From positions 1,685-65,684 of the forward strand of contig CAZIOH010000003.1 in assembly GCA_964540815.1 (NCBI GenBank): DNA of 64,000 nucleotides, written 5' to 3'. A program made the position numbers and the translations under genes. The DNA comes from an uncultured Myxococcales bacterium (GTDB lineage Bacteria > Myxococcota_A > Polyangia > Fen-1088). The notes under the pieces were generated by a model. The model made no database searches. It was not told the origin of the DNA and saw only the letters and a list, made by a program, of their open reading frames with translations. Numbering within the stretch: position 1 is the first letter of the stretch; every line of letters begins with the position of its first letter. Below are positions 50,946 to 60,337 of the stretch, piece after piece.

Positions 50946-52022
50946 ATGAGCTCGAGGAAGCCGATGACCGAGCGAGTCGCAGATGACCTCGGCGGTGCCT
51001 TCACGGTTGGGTTGGCGTACATCGGCGACCGGCTGGGGCTGTTCGCGGCGCTCGCGGCGCTGGGACGAGCATCGAGTGTCGACGTCGCGGAACGAACCGG
51101 CTTGCAGGAACGCTACGTGCGAGAGTGGCTGAACGCGATGGTCGCGTCGGAGTACATCGAGTACGACCGCGACGAGAAGAGCTACTTCTTGACGCCCGAG
51201 CAAGACGCGGCCCTGGTCGATGAGGCCGCTCGGACCTTCGTCGGGGGGGCGTTTGGGTTCGCGTTGCCGTCGCTCCTGCTCGCACCGCGGATCATGGAGG
51301 CGTTCAAGCGGGGCGGTGGAATCTCCTTCGCCGATCTGCCGGCGGAGATTCCAGCGGCGATCGACCGGATGCACCGGCCCTGGTTCGATCACCTGCTGAC
51401 CCAGCGGTGGCTCCCAGGAGTTCCCGGCCTGCTCGAACGGCTTTCGAGCGGAATATCCGTTCTCGACGTGGGATGCGGGCTCGGACGATCGACGATTGCC
51501 ATGGCCACCGCCTATCCGACGAGCACGATTCTCGGGATCGATCCGCACGCGCCCAGCATCGAAAAAGCGCGAAGTCTGGCCGGCGAGCGCGGGCTCTCCA
51601 ACGCGCGATTCTCCACCCACCCCATCGAGGGGCTATCGAAGGCCAGCGATGCGACCGGTGCGACGGTCAGTGGCGGCGAATTCGATCTCGTCGTCGCGAT
51701 CGACTGCATTCACGACATGGTCGATCCGGTCGAGTCCCTGCGCGCGATGCGAGGTCTGCTGTCGGCGAACGGCGTGGTCTTTTGGTCGGAGCCGACGGGC
51801 TCACGGGATCCCCTGGAAAATCGCAATCCCCAAGGAAGATTGCGCGCCGGCCTCAGCCCGTTCCACTGCCTGACCGTTTCGCTGGCCGAAGGCGGTGCGG
51901 GGCTCGGGACCATCATCGGCGAGGCGGGTGTGCGCGAACTGGCGCAGCAGGCGGGGTTCTCGTCCATTCAAAGGCTGGAGATCGAAAGCCCGGTGCAGCA
52001 GTTCTTTGCGATGAGGGGGTGA
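50946..52022 (+). CDS. Class I SAM-dependent methyltransferase with N-terminal winged helix
   Basis: LAYIGDRLGLF, GLQERYVREWL; VLDVGCGLG; FDLVVAIDCIHDM; CLTVSLAEGGAGLGT. Confidence 0.88.
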   Translation: MSSRKPMTERVADDLGGAFTVGLAYIGDRLGLFAALAALGRASSVDVAERTGLQERYVREWLNAMVASEYIEYDRDEKSYFLTPEQDAALVDEAARTFVGGAFGFALPSLLLAPRIMEAFKRGGGISFADLPAEIPAAIDRMHRPWFDHLLTQRWLPGVPGLLERLSSGISVLDVGCGLGRSTIAMATAYPTSTILGIDPHAPSIEKARSLAGERGLSNARFSTHPIEGLSKASDATGATVSGGEFDLVVAIDCIHDMVDPVESLRAMRGLLSANGVVFWSEPTGSRDPLENRNPQGRLRAGLSPFHCLTVSLAEGGAGLGTIIGEAGVRELAQQAGFSSIQRLEIESPVQQFFAMRG

Positions 52023-52039
52023 GCCAGGCACGCCGCGGA

Positions 52040-52241
52040 TCAGGCGCGCTCCCGTTCGGCCAACAACGCCTCGAGCTCGGCGATGGCTTCGAGATCCTCG
52101 GGTCGGCCCGCCGCCCGCTTGGTCCACGTCGTGGGTCAGGCGAGACGAACCGTGGGCCTGCCCCGCCAATCCGCCGATCAGGATCGTCTCGACACCCGCG
52201 TCGGCGAAGACGCCGACGATGTTTGCAAGCTCGCCCTCCAC
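52040..52241 (-). pseudogene. Internally deleted nucleotidyltransferase (MNT-like) remnant
   Basis: N-terminal ILIGGLAGQAHGSSRLTHDVD is joined out of frame, at gtggaccaag, to the family-typical C-terminus TKRAAGRPEDLEAIAELEALLAERERA*. Confidence 0.7.
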
Positions 52242-52389
52242 GCCGGCTGGCTCCCGCCCTGCGTACCTCCGCGGCGAGGCGGCCAGCGCGGTCCAACATC
52301 TCCCATCGCTCGGCCGGCGTTCGCATCAGGTTCTGCCTGGGAAGCGTGCGATCGACGTCGCGCTTGTACGCCTCGATGACCGGGTCGGG
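52242..52389 (-). pseudogene. Remnant of small partner gene usually preceding such nucleotidyltransferases
   Basis: PDPVIEAYKRDVDRTLPRQNLMRTPAERWEML...LAAEVRRAG, preceded in frame by TAG and with no own start or normal stop. Confidence 0.55.
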
Positions 52390-52428
52390 CTACTGGCGAA
52401 CGGGCCGCGGGAGGCCCCGCGGGTCGCG

Positions 52429-54987
52429 TCAGTCGCAGGTGCCGGAGCAGGGGATGAAGGTGCCGTCGGTGGCGACCACGGTCGCGGAGCCACCGGTCAG
52501 CGCCCCGGAGGTTGCGGTCACCGTGATGGTGCCGGGGCCGGTCGCCTGCACCAGGGCGAAGGCGAGACCGAGGAAGGCGTTGCGCTGGTTGCCGCGGAAC
52601 GTCTCCTCGATCCGGTTGCCGCTGTCCACCGCCACGATGGTGCCCGGGCCGGTGATGTTGAACGTCACGGGCGCCGACGAGGCGGTCACGACGTTCCCGG
52701 CGCCATCCGCGATCGTGGCCTTGATGAACGAGATGTCGTTGGGATCCGTGAGCAGCGTCGGGTGGTCGGCGGTGAGGACCACCTTGCTGGCGGTCGTCCC
52801 GATCGCTGGGAGCGGGGTCGCGGGCAATCCCCACACCTTCTGCCACGCATAGGCGGCTGCGCGCGCCGTGCCCATCGCGTCCAGGATCCCGCGCGCCGTG
52901 GCGGGTCCGTACCCTTGCGTGCCGGGCCACTCGTCGGGGGCCTCGCCGAGGTAGTCCGTGCCGAGCCACATGAAGAGCCCGGTCAGGCCGGGGTTGGCCA
53001 TGACCGTGGACCAGGTCGTCGTCTCGGTGCCCATCTCCGTGAGCACGCCGGACTTGGTCGGAGACTTGGGCATCGTATCGACGACCTCGTTGGTCCGGTA
53101 GTTCCCGCCGAAGACATCGAGGAGGGTGCTGGTGGCGCCGGTGGTGTCGCCCGAATCCGCTGGCCGGAACAGGGCCTGCGTGACCCCGCGGCCCGGGTCG
53201 AGCGCCTTGACGATGGCGATCATCTTGGTGAGGATCGGCGTCCGCGTCGCCAGGCTGTCGCGGATCTCGTTGCCGGCGCTGTAGAGCGCGACGCTCGGAT
53301 GGTTGCGGTCGCGCGCCACGGTCCCGGCCACGACGATCTGATACCACGGGGAACCGGCGGCGCCTCCCGGCACCGTGGGCGCCCCGGTCGGCGGCGTCGT
53401 GGCCTTGCTGAAGTACGTGGCAAAGTCCCCGACGTCGTCATACTTGTGCGCCACCCAGGTGTCGAAGAACTCCTCCAGCACGAGGAGCCCCATGCGGTCG
53501 GTCAGTTCGAGAAAATCCGGGCTCGGCGGCTCGTGGGAGGTCCGGATGGCGTTGATGCCGAAGGCCTTGAGCTGCGCCAGGCGCCGCTGCATGGCCCGCT
53601 GGGGGGCGGCCATGCCGAGCCCGTGGTGATCCTGGTGCAGGGCGGCTCCCTGGAACTTCACCGCCTTGCCGTTGATGGTCATGCCCGCGTCGAACTTGAT
53701 CTCCCGGATGCCAAAAGGGATCACGTCGTCGTCGACGACGGCGCCGCCAACCGCGACGTTGACCACGAGCTGGTACATGTTCGGTCTCTGCAGATCCCAG
53801 AGCTGCGGGTTCGCGACCGGGACGTCGAAGGCGAAGGTGGCCGACGCCCCCGCGGCGATGGTCTGCGCGGCCGTCGAGACCGGTGCCAGGGCCTTGCCAT
53901 CGGGGCCGCTGACGATGCCCTGCAGGCTCACGCTGGCGGGGCCCGCCCCGCTGTTGACGACGGCGGTCGTCACCTTGACGGTCGCTGCCGTTGTCGTCGG
54001 CGCCGGCGTCGTGACATAGGTCGCCCACTGATCGATGTGAACCGGATCGGTCGCGAGGAGACGAACGTGGCGATAGATCCCCGCCCCGGCATAGAAGCGC
54101 GAGGAGGGCTGCAAGCTGGTGTCGGTCTTGACCGCAATCACGTTGTCCGCCGCGCCGAACTTGATGGCCGAGGTGATGTCGTAGCGAAAGCTGGTGTACC
54201 CGCAGGGCTGGGTCCCGATGGCGGTTCCGTTCACGTAGACCGTGCTGTTGGCCATGACCCCGTCGAACTCGATGAAGACTTTGCGGGCCGAGAGGGTCGC
54301 GGGGAGCGTGAAATGCTTTCGATACCACCCGATGCCCGACGGCAGATAGGCCCCTCTGCCCGTGCTCGGCGCGTCCTGGGCGAACGGATCGGCGGGAGGA
54401 TTCGGCCCCTCGATGGCCCAGTCGTGCGGAACGCTGAGGCGGCGCCAGGCCGTATCGGCGAAGGCGGCCGCGTCGGCCCCGGCGGCGTCTCCGTACTTGA
54501 AGAGCCAGCCATCGTTGAAGGGCTGGATCGTGCGCACGCGGTTCGGGACCGTGGTGCCAATCCCGGGACCGGGGCCGCTGCCATTGCCACCGCCACCACT
54601 GACGACGGTCGTGCCCCCGGCGGCGGCGCCCCCCCCATCCGTTCCGCCGGTGGATTGTCCCGGGCCGGGCGCGCTGCCCCCGCTCGAGCTCCCGACGGCG
54701 ACGGCGCCCTGACCGCCAGAGCCGAGCCCACTCGTCCCCGGGCCATCCGGATCGCCAGGGCCTATGCCACCGGACCCGCGGAAACCAGCCGCCGGTCCCC
54801 CGGCCACCCCGCTGCCCCCGCTGGAGGCGCCGGGGGAAACCGATGCATCCGGATTTCCTGTGGCCCCTCTGGGCGAGCCGTTCCCCTGCGAGCTACACCC
54901 GGTGGCACCGCCACCCGCGACCAGGAACAGGGAGCCGAGCAGAAGGACGCATGGCGGCTCGGCACTTCTCGACCGACATCGGCGCAT
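52429..54987 (-). CDS. Glycoside hydrolase family 2 (beta-galactosidase-like) lipoprotein
   Basis: GIGWYRKHF, FDGVMANSTVYVNG..GYTSFRYDIT, GINAIRTSHEP, DRNHPSVALYSAGNE; lipobox GATGC plus Gly/Ser linker; AAGGAG before ATG 54987. Confidence 0.9.
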   Translation of the reverse strand: MRRCRSRSAEPPCVLLLGSLFLVAGGGATGCSSQGNGSPRGATGNPDASVSPGASSGGSGVAGGPAAGFRGSGGIGPGDPDGPGTSGLGSGGQGAVAVGSSSGGSAPGPGQSTGGTDGGGAAAGGTTVVSGGGGNGSGPGPGIGTTVPNRVRTIQPFNDGWLFKYGDAAGADAAAFADTAWRRLSVPHDWAIEGPNPPADPFAQDAPSTGRGAYLPSGIGWYRKHFTLPATLSARKVFIEFDGVMANSTVYVNGTAIGTQPCGYTSFRYDITSAIKFGAADNVIAVKTDTSLQPSSRFYAGAGIYRHVRLLATDPVHIDQWATYVTTPAPTTTAATVKVTTAVVNSGAGPASVSLQGIVSGPDGKALAPVSTAAQTIAAGASATFAFDVPVANPQLWDLQRPNMYQLVVNVAVGGAVVDDDVIPFGIREIKFDAGMTINGKAVKFQGAALHQDHHGLGMAAPQRAMQRRLAQLKAFGINAIRTSHEPPSPDFLELTDRMGLLVLEEFFDTWVAHKYDDVGDFATYFSKATTPPTGAPTVPGGAAGSPWYQIVVAGTVARDRNHPSVALYSAGNEIRDSLATRTPILTKMIAIVKALDPGRGVTQALFRPADSGDTTGATSTLLDVFGGNYRTNEVVDTMPKSPTKSGVLTEMGTETTTWSTVMANPGLTGLFMWLGTDYLGEAPDEWPGTQGYGPATARGILDAMGTARAAAYAWQKVWGLPATPLPAIGTTASKVVLTADHPTLLTDPNDISFIKATIADGAGNVVTASSAPVTFNITGPGTIVAVDSGNRIEETFRGNQRNAFLGLAFALVQATGPGTITVTATSGALTGGSATVVATDGTFIPCSGTCD

Positions 54988-55224
54988 CACGACTCCTTCG
55001 TCTGGCTTTTCGGTCTGGCATTCGCTCGACCGCTCGCGCTCGCGACACGGACGGTCATCCCCCACGCCCGGCGTCGTTCCCAGGACTGACGACCATTCTC
55101 CCCCGCCAACCAGGCGCCACCCTACCGTCGTTGCGCACATGTCCAGGTGTCCGCTTACCGACCTTGGCCCTTGCTTTGACCGTACGGCTACTATAGGCGA
55201 TAAGCACTCGAGGAAGGGCCACCC

Positions 55225-56151
55225 TTGTTCAGCTGGGTCATCGACAATCAAAGAACCGGCGGCGCTCCTCGGATCGCCTGGAACGTGGGCCGCCACCCGG
55301 CGGTCCTGCTGGCCGGCGCCCTACTCCTCGGCGCCACCGGATGCAAACCAATGGACGCCTGCGCCGAAACTGGCCCCGCCTGCGGCGGCGATCCGGTCGG
55401 CTCCTGGATTGAAGACACCGTCTGCCAGGATCCGGCTCTTCAAGACACGCTCAACTCGAAGCAGACCTATCGCAACCAACCCATCGTTCTCGGGGGCCAG
55501 TCGCCGCCCGAGTTGACGTCGACGGATTGGTGTTCCTCCCTCCAGTACTTCGGGCCGGCCGGCATCCGGATGTTCGCGTTGCCGCGCGATACGCCGGTCG
55601 TTCGGGGGGCGTATGTCAGCTACACCGCCGGATCGGCGGGCGATCATACGAGCGGGGTGTATGGAACGCTGCTCACGAGCAGCGACCGGTCCACCCTCAC
55701 CTACTCGGCGAGCTGCCTCCAGCGATTTGGCTACGCTCCCGGTAGCTGCGCCGAGTTTGCCGCGGCGTTTGCCTTCTACGGCTCGACGTTGGGGGGAATC
55801 AAGGAGACGAGCTGCCTCGACGCCGTCGACGGGGGCTGCACGTGCTCGTACTTGAGCGAATCCGATGCTGCTGGCACCAACCTGTCCGGCATCTGGCGCT
55901 CGGACGGACGCGTCATCACCCACTATCCGGGCGGGGGAACGTTGCCGACCCAGGCTGACTACTGCGTCAGGGGTAACGAGATGACACTCTGGGGCCACGC
56001 CCGGACGAGTCTCTTCGACTCGAACGGCTTGCGGACCATGAGCCTGCACAAGGTCGTCTGCGGTGACGGTGTTCAGGACCGAGGAGAGGAGTGCGATCCG
56101 CCGGACCAGAAGACCTGTAGCTCCACCTGTCAGAAGATCGCGGCGCCCTGA
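55225..56151 (+). CDS. Cys-rich hypothetical lipoprotein with C-terminal myxococcal Cys-rich repeat
   Basis: GATGC lipobox; CGGDPVGSW; ADYCVRGNEMTLWGH; CGDGVQDRGEECD. Confidence 0.75.
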   Translation: MFSWVIDNQRTGGAPRIAWNVGRHPAVLLAGALLLGATGCKPMDACAETGPACGGDPVGSWIEDTVCQDPALQDTLNSKQTYRNQPIVLGGQSPPELTSTDWCSSLQYFGPAGIRMFALPRDTPVVRGAYVSYTAGSAGDHTSGVYGTLLTSSDRSTLTYSASCLQRFGYAPGSCAEFAAAFAFYGSTLGGIKETSCLDAVDGGCTCSYLSESDAAGTNLSGIWRSDGRVITHYPGGGTLPTQADYCVRGNEMTLWGHARTSLFDSNGLRTMSLHKVVCGDGVQDRGEECDPPDQKTCSSTCQKIAAP

Positions 56152-56174
56152 CGCGCCGCCGAGAGCTCCACGAG

Positions 56175-57632
56175 TTAAAAGAACAGCCGGAAGCCCAACT
56201 CGCCTCGTTGGTTGCGCCCAACTGGGTGGGGTAGGTTCACGTCAAACGGGCGGTCACCAAAGGTTTGACGGCTGAACTGATAGGAGATTCCCACCTGAAA
56301 CTCCGGCGTCACGGCCGCAAACAGGTTACCGTCCACATACTCCTGCTTCAGGAATATTCCTCCCCGACTCGCCTCGGGGGTCAGTCCGAGAATGTTCGCC
56401 GATTCGATCCGAGACGCAGTCGCCGAGACCCAGATTCGCCCGTTCGCGACCGGCAGGTAGTACTGAGCGCCAAGGACGATGGCCCGCCAATCGATGGATT
56501 TCAGGTCGCCATTGGCGTCGTAGGTCACGATGCCGCTGTCGATGTTCGGACGATAGATGGGCGCCGGCACGAGATTGCCGCTGGGATCAGGAAGAAGGGG
56601 AAACAACGCACCGCCGGTGAGCCCGGTGTAGAGATCCGAGATTCCAGAGCCCGTCGAGGCTTCAACGGTGAGGGAAAGTGCGTTGCCTCGGTCGGAATCG
56701 CTGCGAACGGGAATGACCGGAAGAAAGACGTTGGCGGCCGCGCCCCATCCAAAGGCAATCTTGGCGTCCCCTGGATTTGGAAGAAACTCCGCGACGGCGA
56801 AACGCCGCCCCACACCCGACACCCCGATCGCGAGCGGCGCGACGGAGGGGCGACCGAAGCCCTGCGCAGTGGCCCCTTTCCAGGTATTGACGGACACCTT
56901 GATACCGCCTTCAACGTCGGGCACCTCCGAATCGCGCTGGACGGGTCGCACGGCCGCGACCGCCAGATCGAGGCTCACGGCAGAGTCACCACCCAAGGTC
57001 TTCGACAAACGAATCTGGGGATTCCGATGGTAGATCTCCCCGGCGACCCCCAAGAAAGCCACGCTGTTCTGGTAGAAGCCCGCCCCCCCCCACCCGAAGA
57101 GGTCGTGGTACTGGCCCACCAGCACATCGACAATCGGGGTCTTCAGCTCCACATAGAACAACCTCATCCGGACCGACGGCGTCGTGAAAGTCGTCTGTTC
57201 CGTGGCATCGGTAGGCTGCACGCCGAAGAAGTCAATCTCGGCGCGACCTGATGTCTTGATCCTCCCGTAGTCAGGGGCCGCGAGTCGCACCCCCAGTTGT
57301 GAGTTGGCGACGGTCAACTGCGTGCGCGCATGTGCGCCTGCGTATGAGCCAGGCCGCGCCAGCATGGCGTTGTTCGAGGCCGGACCGTAGGCCTGCGATG
57401 TGTCGTGCATGGCGTCGAGCTCGGCAAACCCGTAGAGAGACCTCTGCCACCCCGGCCCCGGGGGCGCAGCTCGAGGCGACGACGGTGGTGCCGGCTCGAC
57501 GGTGGTGGGATTGTCGCCGACGGGCGGGACGTCCTCAGGCTCTTGCCCTGGCTCCCGCGTCTGCGCATACGCGCGAGGCATGACCAGGAGAACTGCGGCG
57601 CCGATCCAGCTGATCAACCTTGGGATTTTCAT
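56175..57632 (-). CDS. Outer-membrane porin, DcaP-like
   Basis: Signal ending AYA; LYGFAELDAMHD, NSQLGVRL, GRAEIDFFG, RMRLFYVEL, LVGQYHDLF; terminal GFRLFF. Confidence 0.7.
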   Translation of the reverse strand: MKIPRLISWIGAAVLLVMPRAYAQTREPGQEPEDVPPVGDNPTTVEPAPPSSPRAAPPGPGWQRSLYGFAELDAMHDTSQAYGPASNNAMLARPGSYAGAHARTQLTVANSQLGVRLAAPDYGRIKTSGRAEIDFFGVQPTDATEQTTFTTPSVRMRLFYVELKTPIVDVLVGQYHDLFGWGGAGFYQNSVAFLGVAGEIYHRNPQIRLSKTLGGDSAVSLDLAVAAVRPVQRDSEVPDVEGGIKVSVNTWKGATAQGFGRPSVAPLAIGVSGVGRRFAVAEFLPNPGDAKIAFGWGAAANVFLPVIPVRSDSDRGNALSLTVEASTGSGISDLYTGLTGGALFPLLPDPSGNLVPAPIYRPNIDSGIVTYDANGDLKSIDWRAIVLGAQYYLPVANGRIWVSATASRIESANILGLTPEASRGGIFLKQEYVDGNLFAAVTPEFQVGISYQFSRQTFGDRPFDVNLPHPVGRNQRGELGFRLFF

Positions 57633-57654
57633 TTCGAATTGAAGTCTCTCAGGT

Positions 57655-58494
57655 TCATGGAGATCGCTGCAGACTCAGCGTACGGAGCCCTGGTTGGTTG
57701 AGGATGGAGGTGCCGTCGTGGCCCCACAGCGACAAAGAGCCCTGACCCTGAACGCAGTAGTCGGCCTGCGACGGTAGGGTGCGCGAGGCATCGTTGTGGA
57801 TCAGCAGCGTCCCCACTCTCGTCCAGCGTCCCGTGAGGGTCCCGGAGAAGGACACGCCGTAGTTACACTGGCAGGCACCGCCGGCGATCGGGGCGCACCT
57901 GATGTTCTGGTAAGAGAAGAAGAACTGGCAAGTTGCGGGCTCGCTCGGACTGTCGCTGCATGCAATGCCGGGGTCCCCTTGCTTCATACCGGCGAAGGTC
58001 GTCAGGGCGGACGCCACCGCGTCGCAGCTCACGCTCGTCCCCATCCGGGACAGACAGGCCGCCGACAACTCGATGGCGCCTTGTCCGACCGTGTTGACGA
58101 CAGCCTGGTAGGTACCTTGAGCGTGCTGCGGATCGTCACCGGAATATGAAATCTGCCCGCCTGTCACCCCGAGCGTATCGTGGGGGAAGGTGAAGCTGGT
58201 GACCACCGTATTTCCCATCGCCGTGCCGAGGACGAGGCCCGAGCACCAATCGCTGCTGGACGTCATGGGGGTCGGCTGACGCGCGATCTGGACGGGTTGC
58301 TGGTAGTACGTCACAGGCACCGGCGTCCCGAAGGCAGGATCCCGACAGGCGTCCGCCACCTTCCAGGATCCCGTCGGGTCACCACCACAGGGCGATCCGT
58401 TCTTGGGACAACTGGTGTCTGGCTGACACCCCAGTCCCAATCCCAATCCCAGTCCCAAGACCAAGACGGTGGCCCAGCCGCCTTTGATTCTCAC
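57655..58494 (-). CDS. Cys-rich hypothetical lipoprotein, paralogue of 55225..56151
   Basis: LGLGC lipobox; CGGDPTGSW; TLPSQADYCVQG..LSLWGH...GLRTLSL. Confidence 0.75.
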   Translation of the reverse strand: MRIKGGWATVLVLGLGLGLGLGCQPDTSCPKNGSPCGGDPTGSWKVADACRDPAFGTPVPVTYYQQPVQIARQPTPMTSSSDWCSGLVLGTAMGNTVVTSFTFPHDTLGVTGGQISYSGDDPQHAQGTYQAVVNTVGQGAIELSAACLSRMGTSVSCDAVASALTTFAGMKQGDPGIACSDSPSEPATCQFFFSYQNIRCAPIAGGACQCNYGVSFSGTLTGRWTRVGTLLIHNDASRTLPSQADYCVQGQGSLSLWGHDGTSILNQPGLRTLSLQRSP

Positions 58495-58573
58495 GGCTCG
58501 GCAGTTTCAACCGAATGGACCGCCCAGGCAAGACCGAACGACCGAAGTTGCTGTCGCATCTATCCGAGCCGGG

Positions 58574-60028
58574 CTAGAACCGAGAGAAGAACTGCCAGAA
58601 CGCCGGCGCACCGTTTGGTGATGGATCGTGCTGCCCCATCGTCAGGGCGGAGACGCAGAAGTACATGGGGTAGGCCGCTGGACAGGTCGTGTAGTGGTAA
58701 CAGCGGAAGGTCGTGCTGGTCGGAACCAACACTTTGCCTGTAGGATCGCTGATCTGGAACACCTCGAGACCTGCCGGAATGGCCGTCACGCCCGGTGAGG
58801 GCGGAGTGGGAAAGGTGCCGGTGCAGCCGTTCAGAGCAAAGACGCGCTTGGCTCCGTCGACGGAGCCCTGGAATGCGTTCGAGGGGTCCGGGTTGTTGTG
58901 AATCGAGAAGTAGGCGATGGGGTGCTGAACGCAATATTCGGGGTGGGCCTTGATGATCGGCGGGATGGATCCCGTCATGTTGGCCTGTGCGCGCAGGACA
59001 TCCGGGAACCAGCAGCCGAGCTGCTGCGCCAGCCATCCCCCGCTCGAGTAGCCGGAGTAAAACTGCCGGGTCGTATCGACACAATACGTGTTTTCGATGG
59101 TGGTGTGCAGGGCAGCGAAGTAGGCCTTCTCCATCGCAACTGCGCCGCTCGGGGGGCCATCGGGAATGGACGTGACCTGCGGCGCATTTTGCTCGGAAGC
59201 CCAGTCGTCGAAACAATAGGCAGACATGGAGTTGCAGCCAGACATGTTGTTGGCATCGCAGTTACCCCCCTGGTTATAGGTCGCGGGGTTGTAGGTTCCT
59301 TGCTGCAGTTGCACCAAGATGGCGTCGGTGCGAGCGGCGGTCGTGTTCGCGTCCGCCGCAAACTGGGGCTGCGCCTTGATATCCATCGGTACGGTGTCCT
59401 GTGGGGTATTGCACCCTTGTCCCTGATAGATGACCCGGTAAGGCTTCGTCTTGTCGTAGTTGTCTGGCAGTCGAACGAAATACTCTCGCATGACGGGTTG
59501 GTTCATCCCCGGCATGGCGTTGAACTGAAGCACCGATTGCGCGTTGATGGTCATCGTGAACTTCCCGTAGATACCTTTTGCATCGACCCCGATTGTCGAG
59601 GCCGCGGTGGGCGGCGCTTTCCCACAACCCGCGCTCGCGACCACGGCACTGGCGCCTCCCCCTCCAGTGGTCCCGCCCAGGGGGGCCCCGCCCGAGCCCG
59701 AGGCCTGTCCCGCTGTACCGCCCGAGTTGGCGCTCGCTCCCCCCGCCGAGGTTTGTCCGCCCGTCGCCACACCGCCGCCCGTCGACCCGGTCGTCACGCC
59801 CCCAGAACCGGTCTCCCCCCCCGATCCAACCACCGATCCTCCGGATCCCGTCGCCGCTCCCCCAGTCGAGCCCGTCGTAGCCCCGCCGGAGCCAGTGGCG
59901 CCCCCCGAGCCGGAGCCCGTGCTGCCGCCCGTACGGATCAGTCCTGCGGTGTTCGAACTGGACGAAGAACAAGCGCCGAGGCCGAGGCCTGCGGCTACAA
60001 CGAGAAGAAGATTCAGCCGTGATCGCAT
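58574..60028 (-). CDS. Alpha/beta-hydrolase esterase lipoprotein (PHB-depolymerase/CE1-like)
   Basis: Lipobox LGLGAC, Gly/Ser/Thr linker; YFVRLPDNYD, YCVDTTRQFYSGYSSGGW nucleophile elbow, IHNNPD; GAGGAG before ATG 60028. Confidence 0.8.
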   Translation of the reverse strand: MRSRLNLLLVVAAGLGLGACSSSSSNTAGLIRTGGSTGSGSGGATGSGGATTGSTGGAATGSGGSVVGSGGETGSGGVTTGSTGGGVATGGQTSAGGASANSGGTAGQASGSGGAPLGGTTGGGGASAVVASAGCGKAPPTAASTIGVDAKGIYGKFTMTINAQSVLQFNAMPGMNQPVMREYFVRLPDNYDKTKPYRVIYQGQGCNTPQDTVPMDIKAQPQFAADANTTAARTDAILVQLQQGTYNPATYNQGGNCDANNMSGCNSMSAYCFDDWASEQNAPQVTSIPDGPPSGAVAMEKAYFAALHTTIENTYCVDTTRQFYSGYSSGGWLAQQLGCWFPDVLRAQANMTGSIPPIIKAHPEYCVQHPIAYFSIHNNPDPSNAFQGSVDGAKRVFALNGCTGTFPTPPSPGVTAIPAGLEVFQISDPTGKVLVPTSTTFRCYHYTTCPAAYPMYFCVSALTMGQHDPSPNGAPAFWQFFSRF

Positions 60029-60337
60029 CAAAATTCTCCTCAAATTAGTCCCGTGACGACGCGCAACAGAAGACCCGAACTACGACCCGTCGGTCAACGG
60101 GTGGGCCGTGCCGAGAAAGCAAAACAATCAGCGACAGGCAGCTTGTACCATATCACCTGGTTGCTAGGCCTCCCGACCCTTCGTCCGCCTAACCAAGGTC
60201 AGGAGGTACACACTTCTAGACCGCATCGACAGGCTGTAGCGTGCGGGTCGGATTTGGGGCCACTTTGAACTCATCCCGGCGTGGACACGAACCATTGTAA
60301 CACATTGCGCCGTGTGCCTGAATGGCAATCCCAACAG

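Noticed and set aside
50047-52430. Insertion sequence or prophage boundary around the TA genes
   Set aside because: No transposase, integrase, tRNA target or terminal repeats were recognised.
58428-58462. Hexamer repeats (ccaatc/ccagtc) as a phase-variable tract
   Set aside because: They encode the GLGLGL run of a lipoprotein signal peptide; in-frame and imperfect, so there is no evidence for switching.
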